The notes: generated by a model not told the origin, from the sequence alone. Shown: positions 1 to 9,599, counted from the first letter of the stretch. The stretch: DNA of 51,821 nt from Collinsella sp. (GCA_048438765.1 DBGAPG010000106.1:1-51821); one strand, 5' to 3'. Translations and numbers: made by a program.

Positions 1-2572
1 GCCAACCGGCATACTCGACCTTGAGCTCGTTGAAGGCGAACTCCAGGTAGCGCGGGGCAAAGGGGGCAAGTGCCTCGGACTCGTAGGCAAGCACGCCCTC
101 CAGCTGCGGCAAAATCTCGGCCACCTGGCGCTCCTCCACCGCAGAAAGCGGCACCAGCGGGCCCTCCGTGCCTCGCTTGCCGGCGTGCTCGGCCAACGTC
201 TCGTCAAAGACCTCGCGCAGCAGCTCCTGAGCGCGCGGCAGATTCTCGGGCGTCACGCGTTCCATGCCCTCCTGGGGCAGGCGGGCATGCAGGTGCTCCA
301 GCACGTCGTGGACAAAGTTACCCTTCTCCATGTTGCCAAAGCCCGCGTCGATGGACTGGGGCTTCACGCGATACGACACGAACCAGCACAGCGGGCATGT
401 CGAGTACGCCTCAATCTGCGAGGCGGACGTCAGGCGCGGCACGAGCGGCGCGTTCTCGTCCTCGCCATCGCGGCGGCGCAGGACCAGGTACGGCACAGCC
501 GCCTCACTCAAATGCTGAGGAGCCTCGCACGCGACGCGCTTGCACTCGATGCCCTCGCCGGCCGCTGAATCAAAATCGGCGACGATACCGCCCTCGCCCA
601 CGCGCGTGGGTTTGACAGCGCCAGTGGCCTCGGCGTGCGCCCGCAACTCGGTCCACACGGCAGCCGGATAGCACTCGTGCGCCTGGCGATCGTGGGTCAC
701 GCGGGCAAGCGCAACCGGACCGCGCGCGGCCTGCATCGCGCGGCCAAAGCGCACGCGCAGCAGGGCCGCGGGCTCAAGCGTCACACCGCTGCGCCCCAGC
801 TCGGCCGTCAGCGTGGCCAGCGGTCCCTCCTCGTGTGAGAGCGGATAACTGTCCAGATCGACGTCGGCAAACAGCACGGCATCGTAGCTATCGGGGCGCA
901 GGGCTGCCGCATCGGTAAGCGACGCAAAGCGCACCTGGGCGCGCGGCGCGCGGTCGACCTCATAGGTCTCGTAATCGTATGCGGTGCTGCGCTTGTCCAC
1001 CTTGGTACGAACGTCGTCGAGCACGGGCACGGTCGCGGCCTGCGACACGTCGAGCGTACGGGCATCGTTCATAAGGATGTCGATGACATGTCGCAGCAGG
1101 GCGGTCTCCACCTGGCGACGAGCCTGACCGTCAAGGCCTCCAAGGGCGCGATCGGGCAACGCCTCGGCAACGGCGAGCATTGCCTTGAGCGCCGTCACGG
1201 GTTTGTCGCGCCACAGCGCTTGGAACACGTCCGAGACCACGCACGGCACGTTCTTAAACCAGTTATCATCACTGGCGGCCTTGCGCGTGCCCCTGACCTG
1301 GCCCTGCACGCTCTGCAGCAGGCTTTTGACGGCCGTGGTGGTCTTGCCGCGCGACAGGCGCATGTTCTTGTCGAAGGTGCGCGCGCTGGCAGCATCGGCA
1401 CCCGAAAGCGGACTGTAAATCCAGTCGGTAAGCTCCGGAGCGGGCCACCACTCGGTCTTGGAAGCGGTGCCCTCGTCAGCGGCCTTCATGCGCTCGATTA
1501 GATTGGCGAGCGCCGTGAACTGCCTGCCCGCGATGGATTGGGAAAACGCCGTGAACTCGGTTGTCTCAGCAGCAATGTGACGCGCCGCCAAACGGGCAGC
1601 GAGTTCACCGAACAGCTGGGGCGCCCGGGCAGACACCACGAGCACGCGCACGGGGTCCGCGGACGCCGTGACACCGCCGTCGACCGCGGCGTCCTCACAC
1701 GTTTTTACCAGCCCATCGATTGCATCCACATAGGCGTGGGCGCGGGCGTGAGGGCCGGCAACCTCTACAAAGGTAGGCTGAGCGGCGGACTTGAAGGCAG
1801 TCTGGGGCGCGGCGGCACCCTCCCCCAGCGGCGCGGCCTCAAACAGCACACCGCGGGCATCAAAGGCGGCAGCAAGTTCCTCGCGCATTGCCGCCTGCTC
1901 GCGGGCAAGCAGCACAACGACTTCTCCCCCATTGTTCGCCACGGCCGACAGCAGCTCGAGCAGGCCGTGCGTAAACGATGTGATACCGCGCACACATACC
2001 GCGCGGGCGCACGCCGGCAGGCTGTCGGCCAGCACCTCGGCCATAAGGTCAGCCGCCTCGCAGGGCTCGACCATGTCTCGACGGTCCAAGCCGCTCGCAT
2101 AGGCACTCAGCAGCTCGAACACGCGAGCCTCGGCGTCGCTCTTGGGATCGGGCCGGCAAACGTCGCCGCGGCAGCGCTCGGCACCCGTTCCCGCTACGCC
2201 CGGCAGCACATCGCGGGCCATGCGCGCGAGCATGCGCACCGTGCCCTGACTGCGCGAAAGCGGCTGCAGGTCGGCATCGTCGCGACGGGCGATCATGTCC
2301 GAGAACAGCATCTGGCGCTGCATGTTGTCGACAAAGCTGCGGCCATCGCCCATAAGCTCCCACAGCGAACGAAGCCACGACGCGGGGGTTTTGTAGTCAA
2401 CGCCCAGCGAGGCGCCAGCAACCGCAGCATCGTGACGGCACACGTCGAGCTCGGCAAACGAGGGCGCCAGCAAAACGGCACGCCCGTGGCGGGCAACCAG
2501 GTCGGCGAGCAACGCCGCCTCGGCATCGCTCAAGTCCGTGCCGATATTGGTGGTATAGATTCGAACAGGCAT
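1..2572 (-). CDS. AddB/RexB-like ATP-dependent nuclease subunit with PD-(D/E)XK domain (3' end runs off the window)
   Basis: Absent from the ORF track because it has no stop in the window. ATG at 2572 follows GGAGG, and no minus-strand ORF ends in this frame, so it stays open to the edge (~857 codons). Manual translation gives TSASQIEAYSTCPLCWFVSYRVKP...GNMEKGNFVHDVLE and YLEFAF..VEYAG, typical of the AddB C-terminal nuclease domain. Confidence 0.82.
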   Translation of the reverse strand, partial: MPVRIYTTNIGTDLSDAEAALLADLVARHGRAVLLAPSFAELDVCRHDAAVAGASLGVDYKTPASWLRSLWELMGDGRSFVDNMQRQMLFSDMIARRDDADLQPLSRSQGTVRMLARMARDVLPGVAGTGAERCRGDVCRPDPKSDAEARVFELLSAYASGLDRRDMVEPCEAADLMAEVLADSLPACARAVCVRGITSFTHGLLELLSAVANNGGEVVVLLAREQAAMREELAAAFDARGVLFEAAPLGEGAAAPQTAFKSAAQPTFVEVAGPHARAHAYVDAIDGLVKTCEDAAVDGGVTASADPVRVLVVSARAPQLFGELAARLAARHIAAETTEFTAFSQSIAGRQFTALANLIERMKAADEGTASKTEWWPAPELTDWIYSPLSGADAASARTFDKNMRLSRGKTTTAVKSLLQSVQGQVRGTRKAASDDNWFKNVPCVVSDVFQALWRDKPVTALKAMLAVAEALPDRALGGLDGQARRQVETALLRHVIDILMNDARTLDVSQAATVPVLDDVRTKVDKRSTAYDYETYEVDRAPRAQVRFASLTDAAALRPDSYDAVLFADVDLDSYPLSHEEGPLATLTAELGRSGVTLEPAALLRVRFGRAMQAARGPVALARVTHDRQAHECYPAAVWTELRAHAEATGAVKPTRVGEGGIVADFDSAAGEGIECKRVACEAPQHLSEAAVPYLVLRRRDGEDENAPLVPRLTSASQIEAYSTCPLCWFVSYRVKPQSIDAGFGNMEKGNFVHDVLEHLHARLPQEGMERVTPENLPRAQELLREVFDETLAEHAGKRGTEGPLVPLSAVEERQVAEILPQLEGVLAYESEALAPFAPRYLEFAFNELKVEYAGW

Positions 2573-2705
2573 GGTCCTCCACTTAAACCGTTCGCAATAA
2601 TCAATGCATCCATCCTACCCGCCCACGCGGACAGATTGCCACCGCAGCTCCATCTTTTGGTACAAAGCAACCTGACCCCAACGCACCAACCGGTTACAGG
2701 CATAT

Positions 2706-2730
2706 AAAAACCGCCCCCGAAGGGACGGTT
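2706..2730 (-). terminator. Intrinsic terminator after yerC-like gene
   Basis: Minus strand reads AACCGTCCC-TTCG-GGGGCGGTTTTT. Confidence 0.7.
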
Positions 2731-2757
2731 CTGCGCAATTCGTTTGTTGCCGCCGGC

Positions 2758-3057
2758 CTACTCGCCATCCTCCAGTTTGATGAGGATCTTGCGATAGCCA
2801 CCGTACTCGCCGTTGAGCGCCTTGGACACGCGGCTCACCGTGGTGGACGAGGCGCCCGTGCGGGCCTGAACCTCAACATAGGGCTCGCCCTCATCCAAAT
2901 AACGCGCGACCTGCAGGCGCTGCGATAAATCGCAAATCTCGCGCGGCGTGCAGATATCGGTCAAAAACGCTTGGATATCGTTCTCGTCATCCAAAAGACT
3001 AAATGCGTGGATCAGCTGCTTGACATCAGGCTTGTCAAACATGTTCTCGATATTCAT
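2758..3057 (-). CDS. YerC/YecD family TrpR-related DNA-binding protein
   Basis: FLTDICTPREICDLSQRLQVA...Y.EV..RTGASSTTVSRV..AL..GYR signature, 99 aa. Confidence 0.9.
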   Translation of the reverse strand: MNIENMFDKPDVKQLIHAFSLLDDENDIQAFLTDICTPREICDLSQRLQVARYLDEGEPYVEVQARTGASSTTVSRVSKALNGEYGGYRKILIKLEDGE

Positions 3058-3381
3058 CGATCACCGCCAAACCCGCCATAAGGCATCGAAGTTGATACTG
3101 ACATCGGGCATCGTTCGCCCGTAATATGCAATAAAACTATGCATGGGCCTTTTGCCCGTAGCAGTGTAGCACACCACCAAACTAAAGCGACAAGACTCTC
3201 TGCCAGCGGCACGTTTTTCAGGACGAACGCCGTTTAGAAACCGAATGCGCACGTAAGCTCCACGAATATTTGAGACAATGGGCGCCCAAACACCGCGGCG
3301 CGCCCGCGCAACCATCCAAGTCGCCGTCGCAAGCCGCTTCACGCGACGCCAGCAACCCCGGCGCAAGAAAGGATTCACGCC

Positions 3382-3747
3382 ATGCGCTTTATGCTTAACT
3401 GGCTCTTCACCTCGATCGCCATCGCGACCGCCACGTTCCTCGTCCCCGGCATCCAACCTTTCGGCTTTGCCGAGGCCTGGGTCTGCTTTGCCTTTGTGGG
3501 GCTGTTCCTCAACATCGTCGATTCGTTCGTCAAACCGTTCCTCACGGTCATCTCGCTGCCGCTCACGATCATTACGCTCGGCATTTTCCAGCTCGTGCTC
3601 AACAGCTTTATGCTGGAGCTCGCCAGCTACCTGTCGGTCAACCTGTTGGGCGTCGGCATCTCCATCACCGGCTTTGGCTCGGCCTTTATGGGCAGCATCC
3701 TAGTGTCCATCATGCGCAGCATCCTCGATAGTATTGCCGAAGAGTAA
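3382..3747 (+). CDS. YvlD-like 4-TM membrane protein (annotated family: phage holin superfamily IV)
   Basis: VKPFLTVISLPLTIITLGIFQLVLN motif; GAAAGGA RBS upstream. Confidence 0.85.
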   Translation: MRFMLNWLFTSIAIATATFLVPGIQPFGFAEAWVCFAFVGLFLNIVDSFVKPFLTVISLPLTIITLGIFQLVLNSFMLELASYLSVNLLGVGISITGFGSAFMGSILVSIMRSILDSIAEE

Positions 3748-3782
3748 TACGCCCCCGATACACAAACGCATCGGACCAAATC

Positions 3783-3820
3783 AAAGGCCGCCCATCGCAA
3801 AAATGGGCGGCCTTCTTATT
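3783..3820. terminator. Bidirectional terminator between convergent genes
   Basis: AAGGCCGCCCAT / ATGGGCGGCCTT 12-bp stem with A/T flanks. Confidence 0.75.
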
Positions 3821-3846
3821 TGCCAAGTCTCAGAGGGCAAGAAAAT

Positions 3847-3877
3847 CTACCATTTCCACCCCGTCCCCAAATGGCAG
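3847..3877. repeat. REP-like palindromic element, copy 1
   Basis: CTACCATTTCCACCCCGTCCCCAAATGGCAG, 29/31 identical to the reverse complement of 16158-16188. Confidence 0.75.
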
Positions 3878-3884
3878 GCGTGGG

Positions 3885-4313
3885 TTAGATGACGTAGTCG
3901 TAGCCATGGTTGGGAGCGACAAGTTGATCGAGCGTCACACCGTTGAGGTAGTCGTTGATGAGCTTGTCCAGGTTCTTCCACACGTCGAGCGTGGGGCACT
4001 CATCAGATCGCGAGCAACCCTTGCAGTCGCCATCCAGGCAGGCGACCGGTGCCAGACTGCCCTCGGTCAGGCGCAAGATCTCGCCCACCGTGTACTGCTC
4101 GGGCGGGCGCGTGAGCACATAGCCGCCGCCCTTGCCGCGCATGCCCGAGAGCATATTGGCGCGCACGAGCGTCGCCAGAATATTCTCGAGGTACTTCTCC
4201 GAAATACCCTGACGCGCCGCAATCTCTTTAAGCGGGATGCGACCGGCCGCCTGGTGCTCGGCCAGGTCGACCATAACGCGCAGGGCATACCTGCCCTTAG
4301 TGGAAACCAACAT
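3885..4313 (-). CDS. Rrf2 family transcriptional regulator (CymR/IscR-like, with C-terminal Cys cluster)
   Basis: STKGRYALR...LKEIAARQGISEKYLENI...RGKGGGY...EGSLAPVAC; Cys residues in CLDGDCKGCSRSDEC. Confidence 0.93.
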   Translation of the reverse strand: MLVSTKGRYALRVMVDLAEHQAAGRIPLKEIAARQGISEKYLENILATLVRANMLSGMRGKGGGYVLTRPPEQYTVGEILRLTEGSLAPVACLDGDCKGCSRSDECPTLDVWKNLDKLINDYLNGVTLDQLVAPNHGYDYVI

Positions 4314-4426
4314 ATCTAGTGCTGCCTTTCGGTCTTTTAGTCCGTTGAAATTCTAGCCGAAAAATTGGCTTTGGAAATACCCGTTCCGGTCAAGATGGTT
4401 AATCGACTCGTAATAATCTTCTATTT

Positions 4427-4500
4427 CCTATTGCATTACTAGGCTTTAGTGTCTACTATGCTTGCCAACAGCTAAACGAACAACCTATAAGGTTTATGGG
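4427..4500 (+). promoter_or_regulatory. cysK sigma70-type promoter with two candidate Rrf2 operators
   Basis: TTGCAT (4431-4436) N17 TACTAT (4454-4459); CCTA-N9-TAGG at 4427-4443 and CCTA-N9-TGGG at 4484-4500. Confidence 0.65.
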
Positions 4501-4566
4501 TTTAGCTGCTAGACACGCCGTAAAACCACACGGCAACCAGCAACTTGAACACTTTGGAGGTTCACC

Positions 4567-5505
<939 letters not shown>

Positions 5506-5616
5506 GGCCTGTCGCCCATAGGTTGAGCCCAGGACGAACCGGTCTCCTCTCTCCCGGCAGTCTGAGCCCATCCAATCAGGGTGTCCCACGAGACGTCCGA
5601 ACTTGCTACAATGTCT

Positions 5617-5655
5617 GCGGCGCGGAACCAGCCTCCCGCGCCGCTTTTCTTTTTT
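5617..5655 (+). terminator. Intrinsic terminator between cysK and mnmA
   Basis: GCGGCGCGG / CCGCGCCGC perfect 9-bp stem followed by TTTTCTTTTTT. Confidence 0.75.
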
Positions 5656-5684
5656 GGCCACATGCCACCAAGGAGAACCTCCCC

Positions 5685-6785
5685 ATGCACAACAAGCGCG
5701 TGCTCGTCGCCATGAGCGGCGGCGTCGATTCCAGCGTGACCGCGTACCTGCTCAAAAGCCAGGGCTACGAATGCGTCGGCGCCACCATGCGCCTCACCTG
5801 CCCCACGCCCGATCCCATCACGGGCATGAGTAAGGTCGACCGCGACATCGCCGATGCAAAGGCCGTCGCCGAGCGCCTGGGGATCCCCCATCACGTACTC
5901 GACCTGCAGCAGACCTTCGACCATAGCGTTATCGAGCGCTTTGTGAACGCCTACCAGGAAGGGCTGACGCCCAACCCGTGCATCATCTGCAACCGCCACA
6001 TTAAGTTTGGCGCGTTGCTCGATGCGGCGCTGGATATGGGCTGCGACTACATCGCCACAGGCCACTATGCCAAAACGAGCCAGGCGCCCGACGGCACCTG
6101 GCAGCTGCATCGCGGCGAGGACCCCAAAAAGGACCAAAGTTACTTTTTGTATTCGCTTACGCAGGAGCGCCTGGCGCACACGATCTTTCCGCTGGCAGGC
6201 CTGGACAAAGAGCGCGACGTGCGCCGAATAGCCGCCGAGCAGGGCTTTACCAACGCCCAGAAGGCCGAAAGCGAGGACATCTGCTTTATTCCAGACGGTG
6301 ACTACGCGGGCTATATCGAGCGCCGCTGCGGACATCCCGCTGCGCCGGGCGACATTGTGTGGCGCGACGGCAGCGTGGTCGGACGCCACAACGGCGCGCT
6401 GCGCTATACCATCGGCCAGCGCAAGGGCCTGGGCGTCGCGATGGCCCATCCCGTGTACGTAACGGGCGTCGATGCCGCCAGCAACACCGTACATCTGGGC
6501 GAGGCCGAGGACCTGACAGCCACAGCGCTCACGGCAAACGACTGGATCTGGAGCGCTCCGGCAGAGCGTATGGAGGCGGAGCTCGACGCCGGCGGCATTC
6601 GCGTAGGTGCCAAATACCGGTACCGTCAGAAAGACCAGGCGGCAGTGCTCACGCGCGGCGCAAACGGGCAGATGCTCTTGACCTTTGACGAGCCGCAACG
6701 AGCCATCGCCCCCGGCCAGGCCGTTGTAGTCTACCGCGGCGACGTCGTCCTGGGCGGCGGCACCGTAACCGCCGCCATCAGGTAG
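5685..6785 (+). CDS. mnmA: tRNA-specific 2-thiouridylase MnmA
   Basis: AMSGGVDSS, TPNPCIICN, ATGHYA, KDQSYFL, YTIGQRKGLG, PGQAVV. Start moved to ATG 5685 after AAGGAG. Confidence 0.96.
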   Translation: MHNKRVLVAMSGGVDSSVTAYLLKSQGYECVGATMRLTCPTPDPITGMSKVDRDIADAKAVAERLGIPHHVLDLQQTFDHSVIERFVNAYQEGLTPNPCIICNRHIKFGALLDAALDMGCDYIATGHYAKTSQAPDGTWQLHRGEDPKKDQSYFLYSLTQERLAHTIFPLAGLDKERDVRRIAAEQGFTNAQKAESEDICFIPDGDYAGYIERRCGHPAAPGDIVWRDGSVVGRHNGALRYTIGQRKGLGVAMAHPVYVTGVDAASNTVHLGEAEDLTATALTANDWIWSAPAERMEAELDAGGIRVGAKYRYRQKDQAAVLTRGANGQMLLTFDEPQRAIAPGQAVVVYRGDVVLGGGTVTAAIR

Positions 6786-6793
6786 CCGCAGGA

Positions 6794-8179
6794 TTATCGC
6801 CGCACGTATCGAAGCACTTCAACAGCAGCATTCACCTCGATTACGCGACGCTCGAGGCCGCGGCGAATGGACTCGAGCCGGCCCTCCGCCGTGGCCCATT
6901 CGCTCTGCGAAAGAATCTCAATCGCCTCATCAACAAATCCATTGAGTCGTGATGAATCGAACCAATCGAGTGAGTCCGCAAGCGCCAGCTGGACGGAAGG
7001 ATTGGGCCCAAACGGCTTAGCAGCAAACCCAAACTCGCCAGCCGCGAGCACGGCAGTTGGCACGTTATACCACAGACAGTTACCGCTATCGAACAGCGGT
7101 GCAGGCCTTATCTCCAGGGTGTCGACATTGCGGATGATGCCGAAGTTTCGCCAATGGCGGTCGCTGTTGGCCAAAAGGGCATCGCAGACAATCATCTGCG
7201 ACATAGACCTTCTCACAGCGGCCTCATCGGCACCATGCTTGCCAAGAAAGCGGCAGTACCGGTCGTACGTCGAGCTTCCTCGCTGTCCGCCAAGGGCGTT
7301 CTTAACGTAAACAGCCGGAACATATTCCTCACGGCCGTCAAGAAAACCCTCGCACAGGCACACGGGGCCATCGAACATGCGCTCAACCGTGTAAGGAACA
7401 AACTCGCCCTCCGACAGCAATCGACGATGTAGAGCCGTTGCAACCGCCTCGTTAAAGGGCCGTTGGTCGTCCATGCCACGTCCCTTGACCAGAACACGAA
7501 CACCGTTGCGAATCATCCACGATTTAGGAAGCTCGCCTTCGGATGTGTTGTCGGGATTTTTAAGACCGATGCCCTCCAGCCAACCCGAACGTCCCTCGGG
7601 CGCCGATCGCTCAAATTCGTTCTCAAAGTAATTGATGTTTCGCCATTCGAGCCCGTCGCATTCTGCCGGGCGCAGCCAATAGCAATCCGAAAGCGAGAGG
7701 CCCAGGCACTGAACCGGCACCTCAACGCCGTTGACAATCCCCAGCTCGCGGTAACGCGAGATAAGCCCGGGGCGAACATCGGGCACCGACCGATGCCCCC
7801 ACCACGCATTGAGCTCCCGCTTGTTCACCGTTGGAGAAGAGCTCGAGCATGTGCCAAACGGCATTCGTTGCGCATCGAGGACCTCGGCGATTTCGAAGGA
7901 AAACTCGCGCGTCGGATCAAATGAGACATGCGCGACCTCATGGTCGGCCGACATCAGCGTAAACTTGCGTCCCACATCGGCCGCAGGACGGCGTCCTCGC
8001 TTGCGGACCTTTTGATAGGCGATCGCAGAATTGTACTCGACCATCTTCCGGCCGCCCACAATATCGCACACAAGCGTCCCCGATGCGGCAAGTTGCGATA
8101 TGCGGGCTTTCGTAACGCCCAACAGGTGGGCGGCATCACCCATAGATAAGTACTCAGATGTATTCATATGCCGCATCAC
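6794..8179 (-). CDS. N-terminal HTH (excisionase/HTH_17-like) fused to a HipA-like Ser/Thr kinase
   Basis: YLSMGDAAHLLGVTKARISQL HTH; kinase motifs EGELPKSW, NEAVA, DALLANSDRHWRNFG, APLFDSG. The true start may be a few codons downstream. Confidence 0.8.
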   Translation of the reverse strand: MMRHMNTSEYLSMGDAAHLLGVTKARISQLAASGTLVCDIVGGRKMVEYNSAIAYQKVRKRGRRPAADVGRKFTLMSADHEVAHVSFDPTREFSFEIAEVLDAQRMPFGTCSSSSPTVNKRELNAWWGHRSVPDVRPGLISRYRELGIVNGVEVPVQCLGLSLSDCYWLRPAECDGLEWRNINYFENEFERSAPEGRSGWLEGIGLKNPDNTSEGELPKSWMIRNGVRVLVKGRGMDDQRPFNEAVATALHRRLLSEGEFVPYTVERMFDGPVCLCEGFLDGREEYVPAVYVKNALGGQRGSSTYDRYCRFLGKHGADEAAVRRSMSQMIVCDALLANSDRHWRNFGIIRNVDTLEIRPAPLFDSGNCLWYNVPTAVLAAGEFGFAAKPFGPNPSVQLALADSLDWFDSSRLNGFVDEAIEILSQSEWATAEGRLESIRRGLERRVIEVNAAVEVLRYVRR

Positions 8180-8246
8180 CTCGTTAAGTAATTTACGCGT
8201 TTAGTTAATAGATTACATATATCATAATACTAAACGACCTAAAGCG

Positions 8247-8272
8247 AAAAAAGGCCCGAGAAATCGGGCCTT
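8247..8272 (-). terminator. Intrinsic terminator after M42 peptidase
   Basis: Minus strand reads AAGGCCCGA-TTTC-TCGGGCCTTTTTT. Confidence 0.8.
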
Positions 8273-8305
8273 AGCGATTGGTCAGCCGAGTCGAAAACTG
8301 CTTCC

Positions 8306-9334
8306 CTAGCGCTGAACGTAGGCGCGGACGAGCTCGAAGGTGTTGCGCACGCCGTCGATGTGGCTGCGCTCGTAGTTGTGGCTCGCGTACACGCCGGGGC
8401 CAATCAGGCCGTGGCGAATGTCGTAGCCAGCCGAAAGCGTGGCCTCGACGTCGGAACCGTAATGCGGGTACACGTCGATGGCGTAATCGAGCTCCAGCTC
8501 GCGCGCGATATTGGACAGCGTGGTCACCAGGTCGTAGTTGTACGGACCGCCCGAATCCTTGGCGCAGATCGAAACCATGCGCTCGGTGCAGCCCAGGTCG
8601 TCGCCCACGCAGCCCATGTCCACGCTGATCATCTCGCGCGTGTCGGCCGGCACAAAGGCACCGCCGTGGCCGACCTCCTCGTACACGGTAAAGAGCAGTG
8701 ACACCTTGCGCGAGAGCGTCACCTCGCCAGCGGCGACCGCACGCGCCAAGCCCAGCAAAATGGAGGCCGACAGTTTGTCGTCAAGGAAGCGACTCTTGAT
8801 ATAGCCGCTCTCCGTCACCGTGGTGCGCGGATCCATAGCGATGATATCGCCCGTCTGAATACCCAGCTCGAGCACATCGTCCTTGCTGTCAACGTTCTCG
8901 TCGAGCAGGATTTCCATGTTCTTCTCGATGGTCTTGACCGGCTCATCGGCCACATGCGCCGAAGGCTCGGTATTGAGGACCACGCCCGTGTAGACATTAC
9001 CGTCACGCGTGTAGACGGTGCAGTTCTCGCCATCGGCCGTAGACCACTGATGCCCACCGAGCGTCGTGGGGCGCAGGCGGCCATTATCCTTAATGGAACG
9101 CACCATGGCGCCCAGGGTATCGACATGGCTCGCCAACACAAGCGGCTCGCCCTCGCCACCAAGTTCAACGAGCACATTGCCCTTGTTAGAACGCTCGGGC
9201 CCAAAGCCCATATCGCGCAACGTCTCCATCAGATAATCAGTCGCCGCACGGGTATAGCCTGTAGGCGAAGCAATAGAAGTCAGCGCCTTCAACTGGTCAG
9301 TAATATAGGAGAGCGTAGAATCCATCTTGGACAC
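8306..9334 (-). CDS. M42 family metallo-aminopeptidase
   Basis: SPTG, SHVDTLG, SRFLDDK, YEEVGHG, VDMG, SHNYER motifs. Probable GTG start at 9334 (alternative ATG 9325). Confidence 0.92.
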   Translation of the reverse strand: MSKMDSTLSYITDQLKALTSIASPTGYTRAATDYLMETLRDMGFGPERSNKGNVLVELGGEGEPLVLASHVDTLGAMVRSIKDNGRLRPTTLGGHQWSTADGENCTVYTRDGNVYTGVVLNTEPSAHVADEPVKTIEKNMEILLDENVDSKDDVLELGIQTGDIIAMDPRTTVTESGYIKSRFLDDKLSASILLGLARAVAAGEVTLSRKVSLLFTVYEEVGHGGAFVPADTREMISVDMGCVGDDLGCTERMVSICAKDSGGPYNYDLVTTLSNIARELELDYAIDVYPHYGSDVEATLSAGYDIRHGLIGPGVYASHNYERSHIDGVRNTFELVRAYVQR

Positions 9335-9499
9335 CAAAGTCACCCTTTCATATCGAATTAAACCCACAACAACGATACCACCGCGAACCATCTTTTTACC
9401 TAGCGAGATGACCCATTGAGTTCTTCAGAACTGCGCCCGCCACGATAACGAGCCGGCGGGCCCCCTGCCCGTTAGCCCCACAATCTTTCCGCAGGACGG

Positions 9500-9540
9500 A
9501 GGAAGCCCCCGCCGCACGAAGTGCGCAGCGGGGGTTTCTT
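9500..9540. terminator. GC-rich hairpin downstream of oppF
   Basis: AGGAAGCCCCCGC...GCGGGGGTTTCTT stem. Confidence 0.5.
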
Positions 9541-9599
9541 GCATGTCCGAGGACGTTCTGAAAAGTAACTTCAGGGCGGGGCCGGACGAGTACAACCGA

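Noticed and set aside
70..2707. Plus-strand ORFs, including the 389-aa ORF at 1538-2707
   Set aside because: Shadows of the minus-strand AddB-like gene that the ORF track missed.
3382..3747. Holin annotation suggesting a prophage
   Set aside because: The YvlD-type family is commonly chromosomal, and there is no endolysin, integrase or structural phage gene nearby.
6794..8179. Excisionase-like HTH as evidence of an integrative element
   Set aside because: No integrase, att-like direct repeats or tRNA target seen.
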